Shown here: positions 52,426 to 64,000 of the stretch, in pieces
How positions within the stretch are numbered: the stretch's first letter is position 1
Layout of the letters: each line of letters begins with the position of its first letter
Source: Mustelus asterias
Lineage: Eukaryota
Assembly (NCBI RefSeq): GCF_964213995.1
Contig: NC_135830.1
Coordinates: forward strand, 19,282,001 to 19,346,000
Direction of reading: 5' to 3'
DNA length: 64,000 nt
The notes under the pieces: model-generated
Told to the model about the DNA's origin: nothing
Databases searched by the model: none
Seen by the model: the letters and a program-made list of their open reading frames with translations, nothing else
Program-made: the position numbers and the translations under genes

Positions 52426-53055
52426 TACAGTGAAAATTATTGTTTCTTGCATACTATACAGACAAAGCACACCGTTCATAGAGAAGGAATGGAGAGTGTA
52501 CAGAACGTAGTGTAACAGTCATAGCTAGGGTATAGAGAACGATCAAATTAGTGCGAAGTAGGTCCATTCAAAAGTCTGATGGCAGCAGGGAAGAAGCTGT
52601 GCTTCAGTCGGTTGGTACGTGAACTCAGGCTTTTGCATCTTTTTCCTGGCGGAAGAGGGTGGAAGAGAGAATGTCCACGGTGCGTGGGTTGTTTAATTAT
52701 GTTGGCTGCTTGTCCGAGGCAGCGGCAAGCGTAGACAGAGTCAATGGATGAGAGGTTGGTTTAACATCTGTCACGGGGAAAATGTCAGATACTATTGTTA
52801 AAAACAGTTACAGCAGGGCACTTCGGACAAATCTAGGGAATCGCACAGAGTAAACATGGTTTTGTGAACGGTGAATAGTGTTTCATCAAATATTCGGGTG
52901 TTTTGTAGGTAAAGGCGGTCTGGTTAATGTATTGCATTTTGATCCCAGACAGCATTTGATAAGGTATCACATCAAAGGTTAAAGAAGGGGTAAAAGCAAA
53001 ACTCATGATTTTGGGGGGTAACATATCGAAAATTGCCAACTTACAGGAAAGGAAG

Positions 53056-53639
53056 AGAACAACAAAGAACAAAGAACAAAGAACAATACAGCACAGGAAC
53101 AGGCCCTTCGGCCCTCCAAGCCCGCGCCGCTCCCCGGTCCAGGATTGAATCCTGAATCCAGGATCCCCGCCCAATTTTCCAGCCTATCTACATACCAATA
53201 TCCTGTCCACCGAGCTGTCCCTCACAGCTACGATGCTTTGTTCATTACAACCTATTAACTCACCCCCACCCCCCCATTCCAGACCATGTGATCTCCAGGG
53301 AGAAGCGAAAACCCAGAGTGAAAAACCCCAGGGCCAATATGGGGAAAAAAAATCTGGGAAATTCCTCTCCGACCCCCTGAGGCGATCGAAACGAGTCCAG
53401 GAGATCACAATGGCCCCGATCGGAAAATGCTTCCCAACCCGAGTCATTTCCACTTCCACGAACACCATATGAATTCCCTGCCCCCGAGACAGGTTCCCAA
53501 CTATCCGCAGTCTCGCTCTGTACTGGCACCAGCAAGATGATCATAGAATGAAGCCTTGAAACGAGAAACAAGGAACAATTAGCCGCGCCGCTCCCTGGTC
53601 CAAACTAGACCACTCTTTTGTATCCCTCCATTCCCACTG
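53056..53639 (-). mobile_element. Composite CR1-tailed non-autonomous element, copy 1
   Basis: Near-identical inverted copy at 62808-63384; (AAGAACA)n tail. Confidence 0.85.
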
Positions 53640-54364
53640 AATGGGTCATTTTTAGTTGGCAAGAAATGACGAGCAGTATGCACAAGGGTCAGCGCTGTGT
53701 CCTCAAGTATTTGCAATGATGTAACTGACTTGAATGAAGAGAATGAACGGATTGTTACCAGCTTTGTTTATGGCGCAAAGATGGGTCGGAATGTAAGTTT
53801 CGAAAATGATATGGGGAGGTTACAAATGGTTATGTTACTGGGATATTGAAATGGAATATAATGTAGGCAATTGTGGAAATTTAAACTGTTGCATTTGGAA
53901 AAAGAAACATGTTATCGAAATGTTACTGAAATGATTGCAGAGCTCTGAGGTTCAGAGGGGTGTGGCTGTATTCCTGCATGAATCACAAACTGTTAGTACG
54001 CAGGTACAAGAGTAATTAGAAAAGCTAGTAGAGTGTTATCGTGTATCATGAGGGGAATTAAATACAAAGGGAAGGAGCATATGCGTCAATTAAAAAGGGC
54101 ATTGGTGGGGCCACCTCTGGAGTATTGATTTCTTTATTGAAGGAAGGATGTAAATGCGCAAGAAGATTTCTAAAAAAAAATGGTTCACCAGACAATACAT
54201 GGAGGTTATCTTCTGAGGACAGTTTGTGTACGCTAACTTTGTGTTCACTGGCGATTAAAAGAGTAAGAGGCGAGCTGGTCGAAGCATATGCAATCCTGCG
54301 GTGTCTTGACATGGTGGATGTAGAAAGGATGCTTTCTCCTGTGGGAGATTTAAGTTTTATAGGT

Positions 54365-54635
54365 TATTTATTATTGTCATAAGTAGGCTTACATTAACAC
54401 TGCAATGAAGTTACTGTGAAAAGTTGCCAAACTCCAGCGCCTACTCGGCTGCACTTAGGGAGAATCTATCATGGCCAATGCACCTATCCAGCATGTTTTT
54501 CAGACTGTGGGAGGAAACCGGAGCACCCGGGGGAAACCCACGCAGAATAGGCAGGACGTGTAGATACTGAACAGACAGTGACCCAAGCCAGAAATGGAAC
54601 GTATGTCTCTGGTGCTGTGAGGCAGCAGTGCAGCC
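54365..54635 (-). mobile_element. V-SINE, second subfamily
   Basis: Reverse-complement V-domain GACTGTGGGAGGAAACCGGAGCACCCGG and second-type tail. Confidence 0.8.
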
Positions 54636-54719
54636 CGAGAACAAGGGGGTCATTGTTTGGAAATAAACAGTCGCAAATTTCAGGTAGGGATGGGGAGAAT
54701 TTGGTTCTCTCGGGACAAA

Positions 54720-55530
54720 GAAACGAACAAGGAACAAAGAACAATACAGCACAACAACAGGCCCTTCGGCCCTCCAAGCCCGCGCCGCTCCCTGGTCCCA
54801 ACTAGACCATTCTTTTGTATCCCTCCATTCCCACTCCGTTCATGTGGCTATCTAGATAAGTCTTAAACGTTCCCAGTGTGTCTGCCTCCAACACCTTGCC
54901 CGGCAGCGCATTCCAGGCCCCCACCACCCTCTGTGTAAAATACGTCCTTCTGATATCCGTGTTAAACCTCCCCCCTCACCTTGATAATATGACCCCTCGT
55001 GAACGTCACCACCGACCTGGGAAAAAGCTTCCCAGCGTTCACCCATCTATGCCTTTCATAATTTTATACACCTCTATTAGGTCACCCCTCATCCTCCGTC
55101 TTTCCAGGGAGAACAACCCCAGTTTACCCAATCTCTCCTCATAACTAAGCCCTTCCATACTAGGCAACATCCTGGTAAACCTGCTCTGCACTCTCTCTAA
55201 AGCCTCCGTGTCCTTCTGGTAGTGTGGCGACCAGAACTGGGCGCAGTATTCCAAATGCAGCCGAACCAATGTTCCATACAACTGCAACATCACACCCCAG
55301 CTTTTATACTCTATGCCCCGTCCTATAAAGGCAAGCATGCCATATGCCTTATTCACTACTTTCTCCACCTGTGACATCACCTTCAAGGATCTGTGGACTT
55401 GCACACCCAGGTCCCTCTGCGTATCTACACCCTTTATGGTTCTGCCATTTATCGTATAGCTCCCCCCTACGTTAGTTCTACCAAAATGCATCACTTCGCA
55501 TTTACCTGGATTGAACTCCATCTGCCACAG
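54720..55530 (-). mobile_element. CR1 3' fragment
   Basis: ORF 55039-55644 has the CR1 RT C-terminus from WQMEFNPGKC; AAGAACA tail. Confidence 0.9.
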
Positions 55531-55804
55531 TGTTTGCTGTGAACAAAACGTTACTGGTCTGTAAAGTGATAGTGCCAAAAGCTTTGGTGGTGTGGTCCAG
55601 GATGCTAACGCAAGGCAATAAAGGGAAACACGCTGTGGTATCAAGGAATAGGGAAAGATTGCTGAGAGAGATTAACTCAAAGTAGGCATAATTTGAAAGT
55701 TCAAATATAGAACAACATAATTGCTTTCGGAAAATAAGAGAGGAAGTAAAAGAACAACAAGATTATACATGGCCGAATTAATCTTCACTTCCCCATCTCC
55801 ATAG

Positions 55805-55932
55805 ATTCCACAGAATACATTTGGAACGAAGACTATGAAGATGATAATGGCAACATCTGGACAACCGCTGCCACATTCATCACTCTGTTTGTCTTCAGCA
55901 TTTTCTACAGAACTGCAATCACTCTGGTGAAG
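55805..55932 (+). pseudogene. IGHM: IgM transmembrane exon TM1 (open frame)
   Basis: CATAG|AT..AAG|GTAAGA exon reading (D)STEYIWNEDYEDDNGNIWTTAATFITLFVFSIFYRTAITLVK, with an acidic spacer and antigen-receptor TM motif. Phase matches the Cmu4 donor at 37712. Confidence 0.9.
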
Positions 55933-56070
55933 GTAAGAAGATGAAACTCTCTCACTCTTTAATCTGTCAACTTCGTTTTGAAAAAAACTTCACACGTTTC
56001 ATTAAAAATCATCTGAGATAACTGCAACAGGTCATTAAATGTTTGTTTCATTCTTTTATTTCTCGTACAG

Positions 56071-56079
56071 GTCGAGTGA
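56071..56079 (+). pseudogene. IGHM: IgM TM2 exon (V-E-stop)
   Basis: Polypyrimidine tract plus TACAG|GTC GAG TGA, 138 nt after TM1; gives cytoplasmic KVE instead of the canonical KVK. Confidence 0.8.
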
Positions 56080-57119
56080 TCAGTTAAACTTCGGGCAGTG
56101 ATGATTTCTTGCCGTGTTTGTGGGAACATCTGGATTTAAAAAATAAATATATCATCTTGATGACTATGAAATTAAGATGCCTTGATTTTATGATGCCAGA
56201 TGTCTTGGTGAAATAAGAGGGATCTTGCTGAAAATTTTTATTTTTACTTTGCATGTGCAGATCCTTCAAAATCATATCTGTCTTTTCAAAAATATTTAAG
56301 TCCTGTACTCCCGAGCAGCTGTGAGGATTCTTAATCTGTAGCTCACAAGAATGATGAATCTGATGTATTTTTAAATGTGCGAGGTAATTTTGATTGTAGG
56401 GTTAATGGATTTTTATTTTAGTTATAGTTGGCGTGTAAATAGATAGGATTTCTCGCTCCTTATGCTCAAATGTTTTCTTCTTTAATATTGAGGCCATGGT
56501 TGCTCTCTAGTATTTTACCGTTGTGCAGGGAGCTGGAGGCTCAGACCACGTGTATCTGTTCTCAATGAATCTCTCATTTGTTATATCCACACATTGTGAC
56601 ATTTAAATTACAGTTCTCCGTAAGATGTTCTCTGCGAAATTGTCAGTACATTTTGAACGACAAATTAATGAATGTGGACTTTGCTCCATTTTTTTCTCCA
56701 AGTTTCCCCCCACATTTCTCATTTCCCCTGTTAAAGTTTCTCCCTCCAGCTCCCCCACTCCCCCCACTACTTCCCCCACCCCCACCTAATTACCGACACA
56801 ACCCTCCCACCACCCGCATGTCCCTGAGAGGTAGATTTCTCCAGTCCTCTGTCAGTTATATTTGCACCTTTATACATTCACCAAAGAAGCCACCGGATCA
56901 TGGAACCCATCACTTTTACATCGTTTTATCAAAAATCGCAAAGGCGGAGTGACTGCACAGCCAAAAACAGCTCTCTGACTTATGTCAAAAGACAGAGTCA
57001 TTTTATGCACTTCGACGTTCCAATTAATAGGAAGTAAGTCTCAGGAATATCATACAGGACAGAAATAGATTGCCAGGCAGTGGGTTTCAAAGTGCCAGAG
57101 TATTTGGTGAGTTGAGGTT

Positions 57120-57400
57120 GGATTGGAAATTTTTCTCAGAGGTAGTGTCTGCGCAGGAGTTCTTTGGCGTGGAATTAATGCTCAAGATTTCCGTTTGCTT
57201 CGCTGGGGCATGAACCAATGAATCCACAGAGCCGAAGTGGAGAATTGAACTGAGTGGAGAGCTGCATCTTAATGTTGACCTCCCGGTCCTCGACCTCCTG
57301 CAGAATTTGAAGAAGTTCAACATTCACTCGAGGAACAGCACCTTATCTTTCCACTGGGCTCTTTCCAGCTGTCACACTCAGATTGAGTTCAACAATTTCA
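57120..57400 (+). mobile_element. Degraded Penelope-like GIY-YIG endonuclease C-terminal fragment
   Basis: CTCGAGGAACAGCACCTTATCTTTCCACTGGGCTCTTTCCAG..ATTGAGTTCAACAATTTC reads LEEQHLIFPLGSFQ..IEFNNF. Confidence 0.55.
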
Positions 57401-58304
57401 CACTGGAAGTTCTGCCCCCCATTTTGTTTCCTTTACAGATTTGGGTTTGAATCGTGTAATTGAAACAAATTACATTTGTTCCTTGTTTACGACTCCGACA
57501 GACACATCATTTGTTCCTGCCATTGTTCGAATAGAGAACGAGCACAGTTAAAATGGGCCGAATGGCCTCATTGCGTGGTGTAATAATTCTCTGATTCTAT
57601 GTTACCTCACCCTAAGGCCAGGAACTGCAAAGTCTTTTCTCATTTCATCCCTTCGGAGTTCCACCCTATCAGAGCTCTTTCCTGTTTATATCTTTCCTCC
57701 CTCCTAAATTTCACTTGTTTCAGACATTAGGCATTTCTAACATAGAAACATAGAAGATAGGAGCAGGAGGAGGCCGTTCGGCTCTTCGAGCCTGCTCCGC
57801 CATTCATCATGATCAAGGCTGATTGTCCAACTCAATAGCCAAATCCTGCTTTCCCGGTTTTAATCAGAGGTCATAGAGATGAAAGATGAGATTTGTTTCC
57901 CTGTCCACAAATGCTGTCTGACTTCCTGAGATTTTCCAGCATTTTCCACATTCGCTACAGATGCCTCATTGGCTTTGCATGGCAATGAGAGCATCTGTAG
58001 CTTCAATGGCTCGCCTTTTGCTGGTTTGTCGATCTGGGGGGGTGGTTCTCGCTTTAAATGTTTCTGACAAAAAGTGTGTAAGAGGTCTCAGCTTCGAATC
58101 CCAGACGAGCGCTTTGCTTTTTCCTCTTGGTCAAGTTACAGGTTTTGTTCATTTCTTTGGGGTGCAGATGGCAGGTTTGGTTCACATAGGGGCTTGGTTT
58201 GAGAACCTGAGCGCAAACTGCAGGGAAACGATCAGCACTAGATTATCAAGGTATTTATAAAAGGGTTGGCTCTGTCAGTGGACATTCATTTATCCCTATT
58301 CACC

Positions 58305-58635
58305 TGGTCACGTACTCGATGGAGTTTAGAAGGATGAGGGGGATGTTATTGAGACTTACAGAATACTGAAAGGCCTGGATAGAGTAGATATGGGAAATAT
58401 GTTTCCATTAGTAGGAGAGACTAGGATCCGAGTGCACAGATTCAGAGTAAAGGGACGATCCTTCAGAACCACGATATGGAGGATATTCTTCAACTAGAGG
58501 ATGGAGAATCTGTGGAATTCATTGCCACAGAAGGTTATTGAGGCCAGGTCATTGAGCGTATTTAAGACATAGATAGATAAGTTCTTGATTGGTAAGGAGA
58601 TCAAAGATTCCAGGAAAAGGCGGGAGAATGGGCTT
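58305..58635 (+). mobile_element. Old CR1 3' fragment
   Basis: YSMEFRRMRG.VIETYRILKGLDRVD-like sequence. Confidence 0.75.
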
Positions 58636-59502
58636 CCAGCGTAAATAGACTCCAGTCGCTTTTGAGCTTCCAAACAGCAGCAATATCAGGCGTTTCGGTG
58701 AGAAACACGTCAGCCTCATGAATGTTGGATGCTGATGGGCAAATGTGTGGTGATCTTTAAATTTAAACTCATTACCGAATTAACTAACGATGCAGTTGGA
58801 TTTCTGGACAACTGATATTCCTGCAATTTCAAACAAATCTCGTGAGATGCGATTCAGCCAATTGAGATGGTCCTCGTTTATTTCCACCTGGTTCTCGTGA
58901 GTTCAGAAGATCGTGTTGGATCAAATAGCTTTTGAGACTGCCTCTTGCTTCTCTTGTGTTAACAGTGGCCTCCTTGGAATATCCCAAGTCGAGGAGCTGA
59001 GTGCGGTGGAGGAACAAATGTTTCAAATCGAGTGCAATGTGTACCCCTGTCATCGGGATAGGAACATGTGTTACCAATAGTTACCTGACGAGGGAGCAGA
59101 AGATAGATAGAGTGACATTATACGGATAGGCCGATTAGCAGAGGAACAGATAGATAGATAGACGCATGGATAAATTACTTTGTTCTTTCCTGACTCACAA
59201 GCACTATCTTTAATTTTACTTCAATACATAATTCTGCCTGCTTTACTGCTGATTTGGCAGCTTAGCGTTGTCACCTGGAGGGATTTCAGAACTTGATTAT
59301 TTGCTGAACTGATGGAAAAAGCATTTTGCTTCTTTACCGCATCACAATCGCCTCTATCAAATTTCTAGTTTTGTGCAGACAGTTCTTTACATTATCCCTT
59401 CTTCACATTGAGAGATGGAAGAGCTGGCGGATGGTTTCAAGTATATGTGAACAAGGAGACAAGGTCCAGCACTATCACTGCTAAGGAGTTCAATTGTGAG
59501 AT

Positions 59503-59810
59503 AGGGCGGCACAGTGGCACAACGGTTAGCACTGCTGCCTCACAGCGCCACAACCCAGGTTTGGTTCCAGGATTGGGTCAACATCTGTGCAGTGTCTGCA
59601 CGGTCTCCCGTGTCTGCGTGGATTTCTTCTGGCTGCTCTGTTTTTCTCCCACGGTCCGAAAGATGTGCTGGTTAGGTGCACTGTCCATGCTTAATTCTCC
59701 CTCAGTGTACCCGAGCAGGCGCTGGAGTGTGGCGACTAGGGGATTTTCTCAATAACTTCAATGCAGTGTTCATGTTAGGCTACCTGTGACACTGATGAAT
59801 GAACTTAAAA
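59503..59810 (+). mobile_element. V-SINE, second subfamily
   Basis: GGGCGGCACAGTGGCACAACGGTTAGCACTGCTGCC head, V-domain and second-type tail. Confidence 0.8.
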
Positions 59811-60904
59811 AAAAACATGTTGTGGTGTACTTCAGTGCAGTGAGGCACGGGATAGTGTCCAAACCTGATCACGAGTTCGATGGTACTAACGTCACTAACT
59901 TAGTAGAATGATATCTGGAATAGGAAGCCAACCTCAGTAATTGTAATCATGAAACAGTCATATTTTTGCCCTTCAATGTCATCTGCGTGATTCATGTCCT
60001 TTGTGGAGTTAGATCTGTCACTGTTAACTGGCCTGACATCTATTTGGCTCCAATATGTCATTGAATCTTTACTGTCCGTTGAAATGACCTCGCAAGTTAA
60101 AATCATTAACATATATAATTAAATGTGAATTGTATATCTTGCAAGTTACTCAATAGAATCAAGTATAGTTTTCGTTTACTTAAAGTAGCTATTCCTCTCA
60201 CAATGTCACATCAAATTGGGTCTGATCGAAGGAGAATCTCGCTGTATTTGTCCCTGCTATAGCTACTCCTGCAGTCTTTGCTGGTGAGTGCAGAGAGAGA
60301 TTTAACCTGTAGCTTTTTCATTCTCTATCTACCTTTAAAATGTTTTATGGGACAGTCCAGGGGAAACTTTATTCGGTATCCAAAACGTGTGCGGGATTGA
60401 TTCTGGAAGAGAGCGAGTGGACAGAGTGGACGGGAACATTTCTTGTATCACATCAGTCCAGTGCCTGTTTTTACAGTGTTTGATAGAGCAAATAGGGTCA
60501 GATTTATTTCGGTACCTAATCAATGTTGTTCCGGATTGACATGTTTGGTTCTCTCTGGTTCTTTCTGCCCTCTCTTCTATTTATGACCACCGGCTCGTGT
60601 GCTTCTTGTATGTGCAAGAGTTTGTGAGCCGGTATATCTGTTGAACTGGAAGAGTTTGGAAATTACATTCTGATATTGGAGCTTAGTTCCGCATCTTGTA
60701 AAAATAATGTTTTTGGTTTCAAAAGGGTTAACAAAACATGCCTGTTCAGTGACTGCAAGTAACATCGGTCCCCATAGATCTCCGCTTATGCCACCAGAGG
60801 GGTTTTCCTCCTCTATTAATAAGGAAACATTTTCGATGTGTCATTCCTCAATGTGGGTGACACCATCACCCCCGGCACGAACAGGGATCAGCCGCTGCAC
60901 AGAG

Positions 60905-62173
60905 ATGCTGAAAATGGCGAAGAGTCTTTCATTAAACGGACAGATAACAAATTTTCTCATTGAAGTTCAGGAGGTTTTGTACCCCACTCTGGCTGTTATT
61001 GGTGTTCCGGGTAAGTCTCTGCATCCAGCTATTAATTAGACGAGGTGCGTTTTAACACGATTAATATCCTTGTCATTTAGTATCTCCTCCCTGCTATTCG
61101 TGTTTCTGGTGATTTTATCGATACAATTGTTAATTCCCGAAATTGTGTACTTTATTACTGTTCCCGTCTGTTTTACGACTGCCGATTCACACACTACTGC
61201 TGTTTTAGCACTGATTTCGCTATGGGTATGAGATCAATGAATACAGAATGTTTTTTTTTCCTTCCATGCAGTTAACTTGCTGACGATTGTAATCCTGTGC
61301 CGGGGTAAATGTGGTCTCTCCAAATGTGTCACTTGCTATTTGGTGGCCATGGCAGCAGCGGATCTACTGGTCGTTATCATTGACCTAATATTGAGGCACA
61401 TTCCTATTGTTTATTGGAAACAGTTTAGTTTTGTATATGCTATCCATGTGTGCAATATTCACGCTGTCCTGCTTTATGCAGCAACAGACTGCTCGGTCTG
61501 GTTCACTGTCAGTTTCACTTTTGATAGATTTGTCGCAATTTGTTGGCAGAAGTTGAAAGATAAATATTGCAATGTGAAAATCGCACTTGTTGTCTTGGGG
61601 ACGGTGACAGTGCTGAGTGCCTTCAAGAATATTTTCTGGTATTACATGCTGTCACCGAGATATTGGCTTATCAATTTCCCCTGGTTTTGTGAGGTGCGAA
61701 GTGGCATTATGGAATCTCAGGTCTGGGCAACAATCGAATTCCTTCATAATATCTTTACTCCGTGTGTCCCATTTGTTCTGATTTTGCTGCTCAACAATTT
61801 AACCATCAGACATGTATTAGTGGCCAACAGAGCCCGAAGGAGACTCAGAGGTAACAGCAGTGGAGAGCGTACAAGTGACCCAGAGATGGAAAACCGAAGG
61901 AAATCCATCATTTTGCTATTTGTCATCTCAGCAAATTTCATATTATTTTGGACAATGTTTATGGTGTATTCTGTATGGTGGCGAATGTGGGTTTTGGGGT
62001 ATGAATCTGTATGGCTTCCTGAGTTTGTATTGGAAATGGGCTTTATGCTGCAGCTTGTGAGTTGTTGTACAAACACTTGTATTTATGCTGTGACCCAGAC
62101 TAAGTTTCGAGAGGAATTCAGGAATGTGGTGACATATCCTATTACCGTGTTTGTAAAATTAATTAAACGATAA
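60905..62173 (+). CDS. GPR139/GPR142-like class A GPCR, two exons (60905-61010, 61272-62173), ~335 aa, apparently intact; start codon uncertain
   Basis: Exon 1 MLKMAKSLSLNGQITNFLIEVQEVLYPTLAVIGVP G|GTAAGT, 261-nt phase-1 intron, GCAG|TT AAC TTG into ORF 61277-62173. LVAMAAAD, SVWFTVSFTFDRFVAIC, RRKSIILLF, SCCTNTCIY; AATAAA at 62410-62415. Further in-frame ATGs exist upstream. Confidence 0.9.
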
Positions 62174-62807
62174 AGATATCATGTTTAAGTTTTTCCAGTG
62201 CCACAACTCAATTTTATTATGTCCAGCTCACTCTCCCCTGAAGTGCCAGTGATGTAGGTTAATGTTAAGTCAATAGAGACATGTGGTGAACTGTACAGCA
62301 CGCCCACCAAACTTTGCACCATGCGCACTGTAAAGGAAAACACGGGTTAACAAGAGTAAAATTTCACAGTCTATCCATTGTATTGTAATGGCAAGGACTA
62401 ATAGCAATGAATAAAACACTTTTCAAAGACTTCACTTTTATATATAATACAGTGATACGAACCACGTGTAAATATCTAGTTTGCTCCGTGTACAATTTAC
62501 TGAGGAGCAGAACCACTTGAGCGCCCTTTATCAGTGCCAGGAACAGTATTCAAGAAAATAGCGTTTTCCTACAAATACAGCTGACTAAAAGAATTGCAGA
62601 GAGGCGCAATTTTCATCACAACACCATGCCTTAGGATTTGCCTTATTTCATCATTGGTCATAAACCTCCAGGTTGACTCGTTTCTACATCCATTTCAGCA
62701 CACGCTCTAACCAGATTCCAAAATGTCCTTCAGAGGCGCTAACTAGCTTTCAGTGCAGGCATGTTTTGGGGAGTACCCACTCATCCGTACACTTCTCAGA
62801 TCTTTCG

Positions 62808-63384
62808 CAGTGGGAATGGAGGGATACAAAAGAGTGGTCTAGTTTGGACCAGGGAGCGGCGCGGGCTAATTGTTCTTTGTTTCTCGTTTCAAGGCTTCAT
62901 TCTATGATCATCTTGCTGGTGCCAGTACAGAGCGAGACTGCGGATAGTTGGGAACCTGTCTCGGGGGCAGGGAATTCATATGGTGTTCGTGGAAGTGGAA
63001 ATGAATAGGGTTGGGAAGCATTTTCCGATCAGGGCCAGTGTGATCTCCTGGACTCGTTTCGATCGCCTCAGGGGGTCGGAGAGGAATTTCCCAGATTTTC
63101 TTTTCCCCATATTGGCCCTGGGGTTTTCACTCTGGGTTTTCGCCTCTCCCTGGAGATCACATGGTCTGGAATGGGGGGGTAGGGGTGAGTTAATAGGTTG
63201 TGATGAACAAGGCGTCATAGCTGTGAGGGACAGCTCGGGGATAGGATATTAGTATGTAGATAGGCTGAAAAATTGGGCGGGGATCCTGGATTCAGGATTC
63301 GATCCTGGACCGGGGAGCGGCGCGGGCTTGGAGGGCCGAAGGGCCTGTTCCTGTGCTGTATTGTTCTTTGTTCTTTGTTCTTTG
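62808..63384 (+). mobile_element. Composite CR1-tailed non-autonomous element, copy 2
   Basis: Inverted near-identical copy of 53056-53639; TTGTTCT tail repeats. Confidence 0.85.
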
Positions 63385-64000
63385 GAAGGGTGTCAGCAGA
63401 ACCCAGGACAGTTTCCAATTCGGATAATCACTTGAACAGCGGCATTCAAACGAGACAACATCTCCGCAATTGACATCGCGAAAGTAGCGCAGAGATTGGA
63501 GACTTCCGTTCGTTACTCTGCAGTGCGATGGTACAAAGTCACACAATGGGAAATGTCCAATACAGAAACCTCACACCGGGCCAATTTAGGCACCCTCCAA
63601 ATATTCTGGTAGATCAGCACCAAGACACAAATGTATCCTCTGTTAGATTCCGGTAGAGAACTAATTATCTCAACCCAAATTAGCAATCATTAAGTATTTG
63701 ATCTAACCGGGACGCTGTTAAAATGAAAGAATGATTTCCCGCTGATACGTTACACCCTCGCTGGACAGGTTCTGAAGCAAATGGAGTATATATATATATT
63801 ATTGAGAAATAATGAGGAGATGTTTCATCAGAATAACCGTGTTCTCTCAATTCGATATGAAATTAATTGCATAAATATATAATATTTATGTCAAAAACTA
63901 TATCGGGAAGCTGAATCCAATATTTCATGCCATTGGGTCAGGGAAACGTTGTTAATTTTAGCAAACTGCGCATGGATTCCGCACAAACTCTTTCTTCAAA

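Noticed and set aside
58640-59090. Unique-looking sequence behind a strong minus-strand polypyrimidine acceptor
   Set aside because: No frame gives a recognisable domain and stops occur early.

Overview
Eukaryotic DNA from a cartilaginous fish (shark). The basis is HE1-like V-SINEs, CR1/HER1-type LINEs, Penelope-like fragments and elasmobranch-type IgM exons. Much of the window is nested retrotransposon debris. The host genes are: (1) the last TM7 of a class A GPCR at the left edge; (2) two intact, two-exon GPR139/GPR142-like receptors, one at 13640-16553 (minus) and one at 60905-62173 (plus), divergently oriented and sharing one intron position; (3) an IgM heavy-chain constant-region pseudogene between them (Cmu2, Cmu3, Cmu4+secretory tail, TM1, TM2; 35328-56079), with no V/D/J/Cmu1 found; (4) a decayed T-cell-receptor alpha/delta-like V gene with a split leader, tail-to-tail with the first GPCR (12791-13205); and (5) a tRNA-Arg(ACG) pseudogene. 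Notable mobile elements: a retrovirus-like LTR element with dual RNase H, YVDD RT, integrase and an env-like remnant (~20800-29765, minus); a 564-bp hAT deletion derivative with perfect TIRs and 8-bp TSD; and two inverted copies of a ~580-bp composite CR1-tailed element. The most interesting signal is the interleaving of antigen-receptor relics (TCR-like V and IgM C) with an intact GPR139-like receptor family. All family assignments come from motif recognition by eye, not from database searches.
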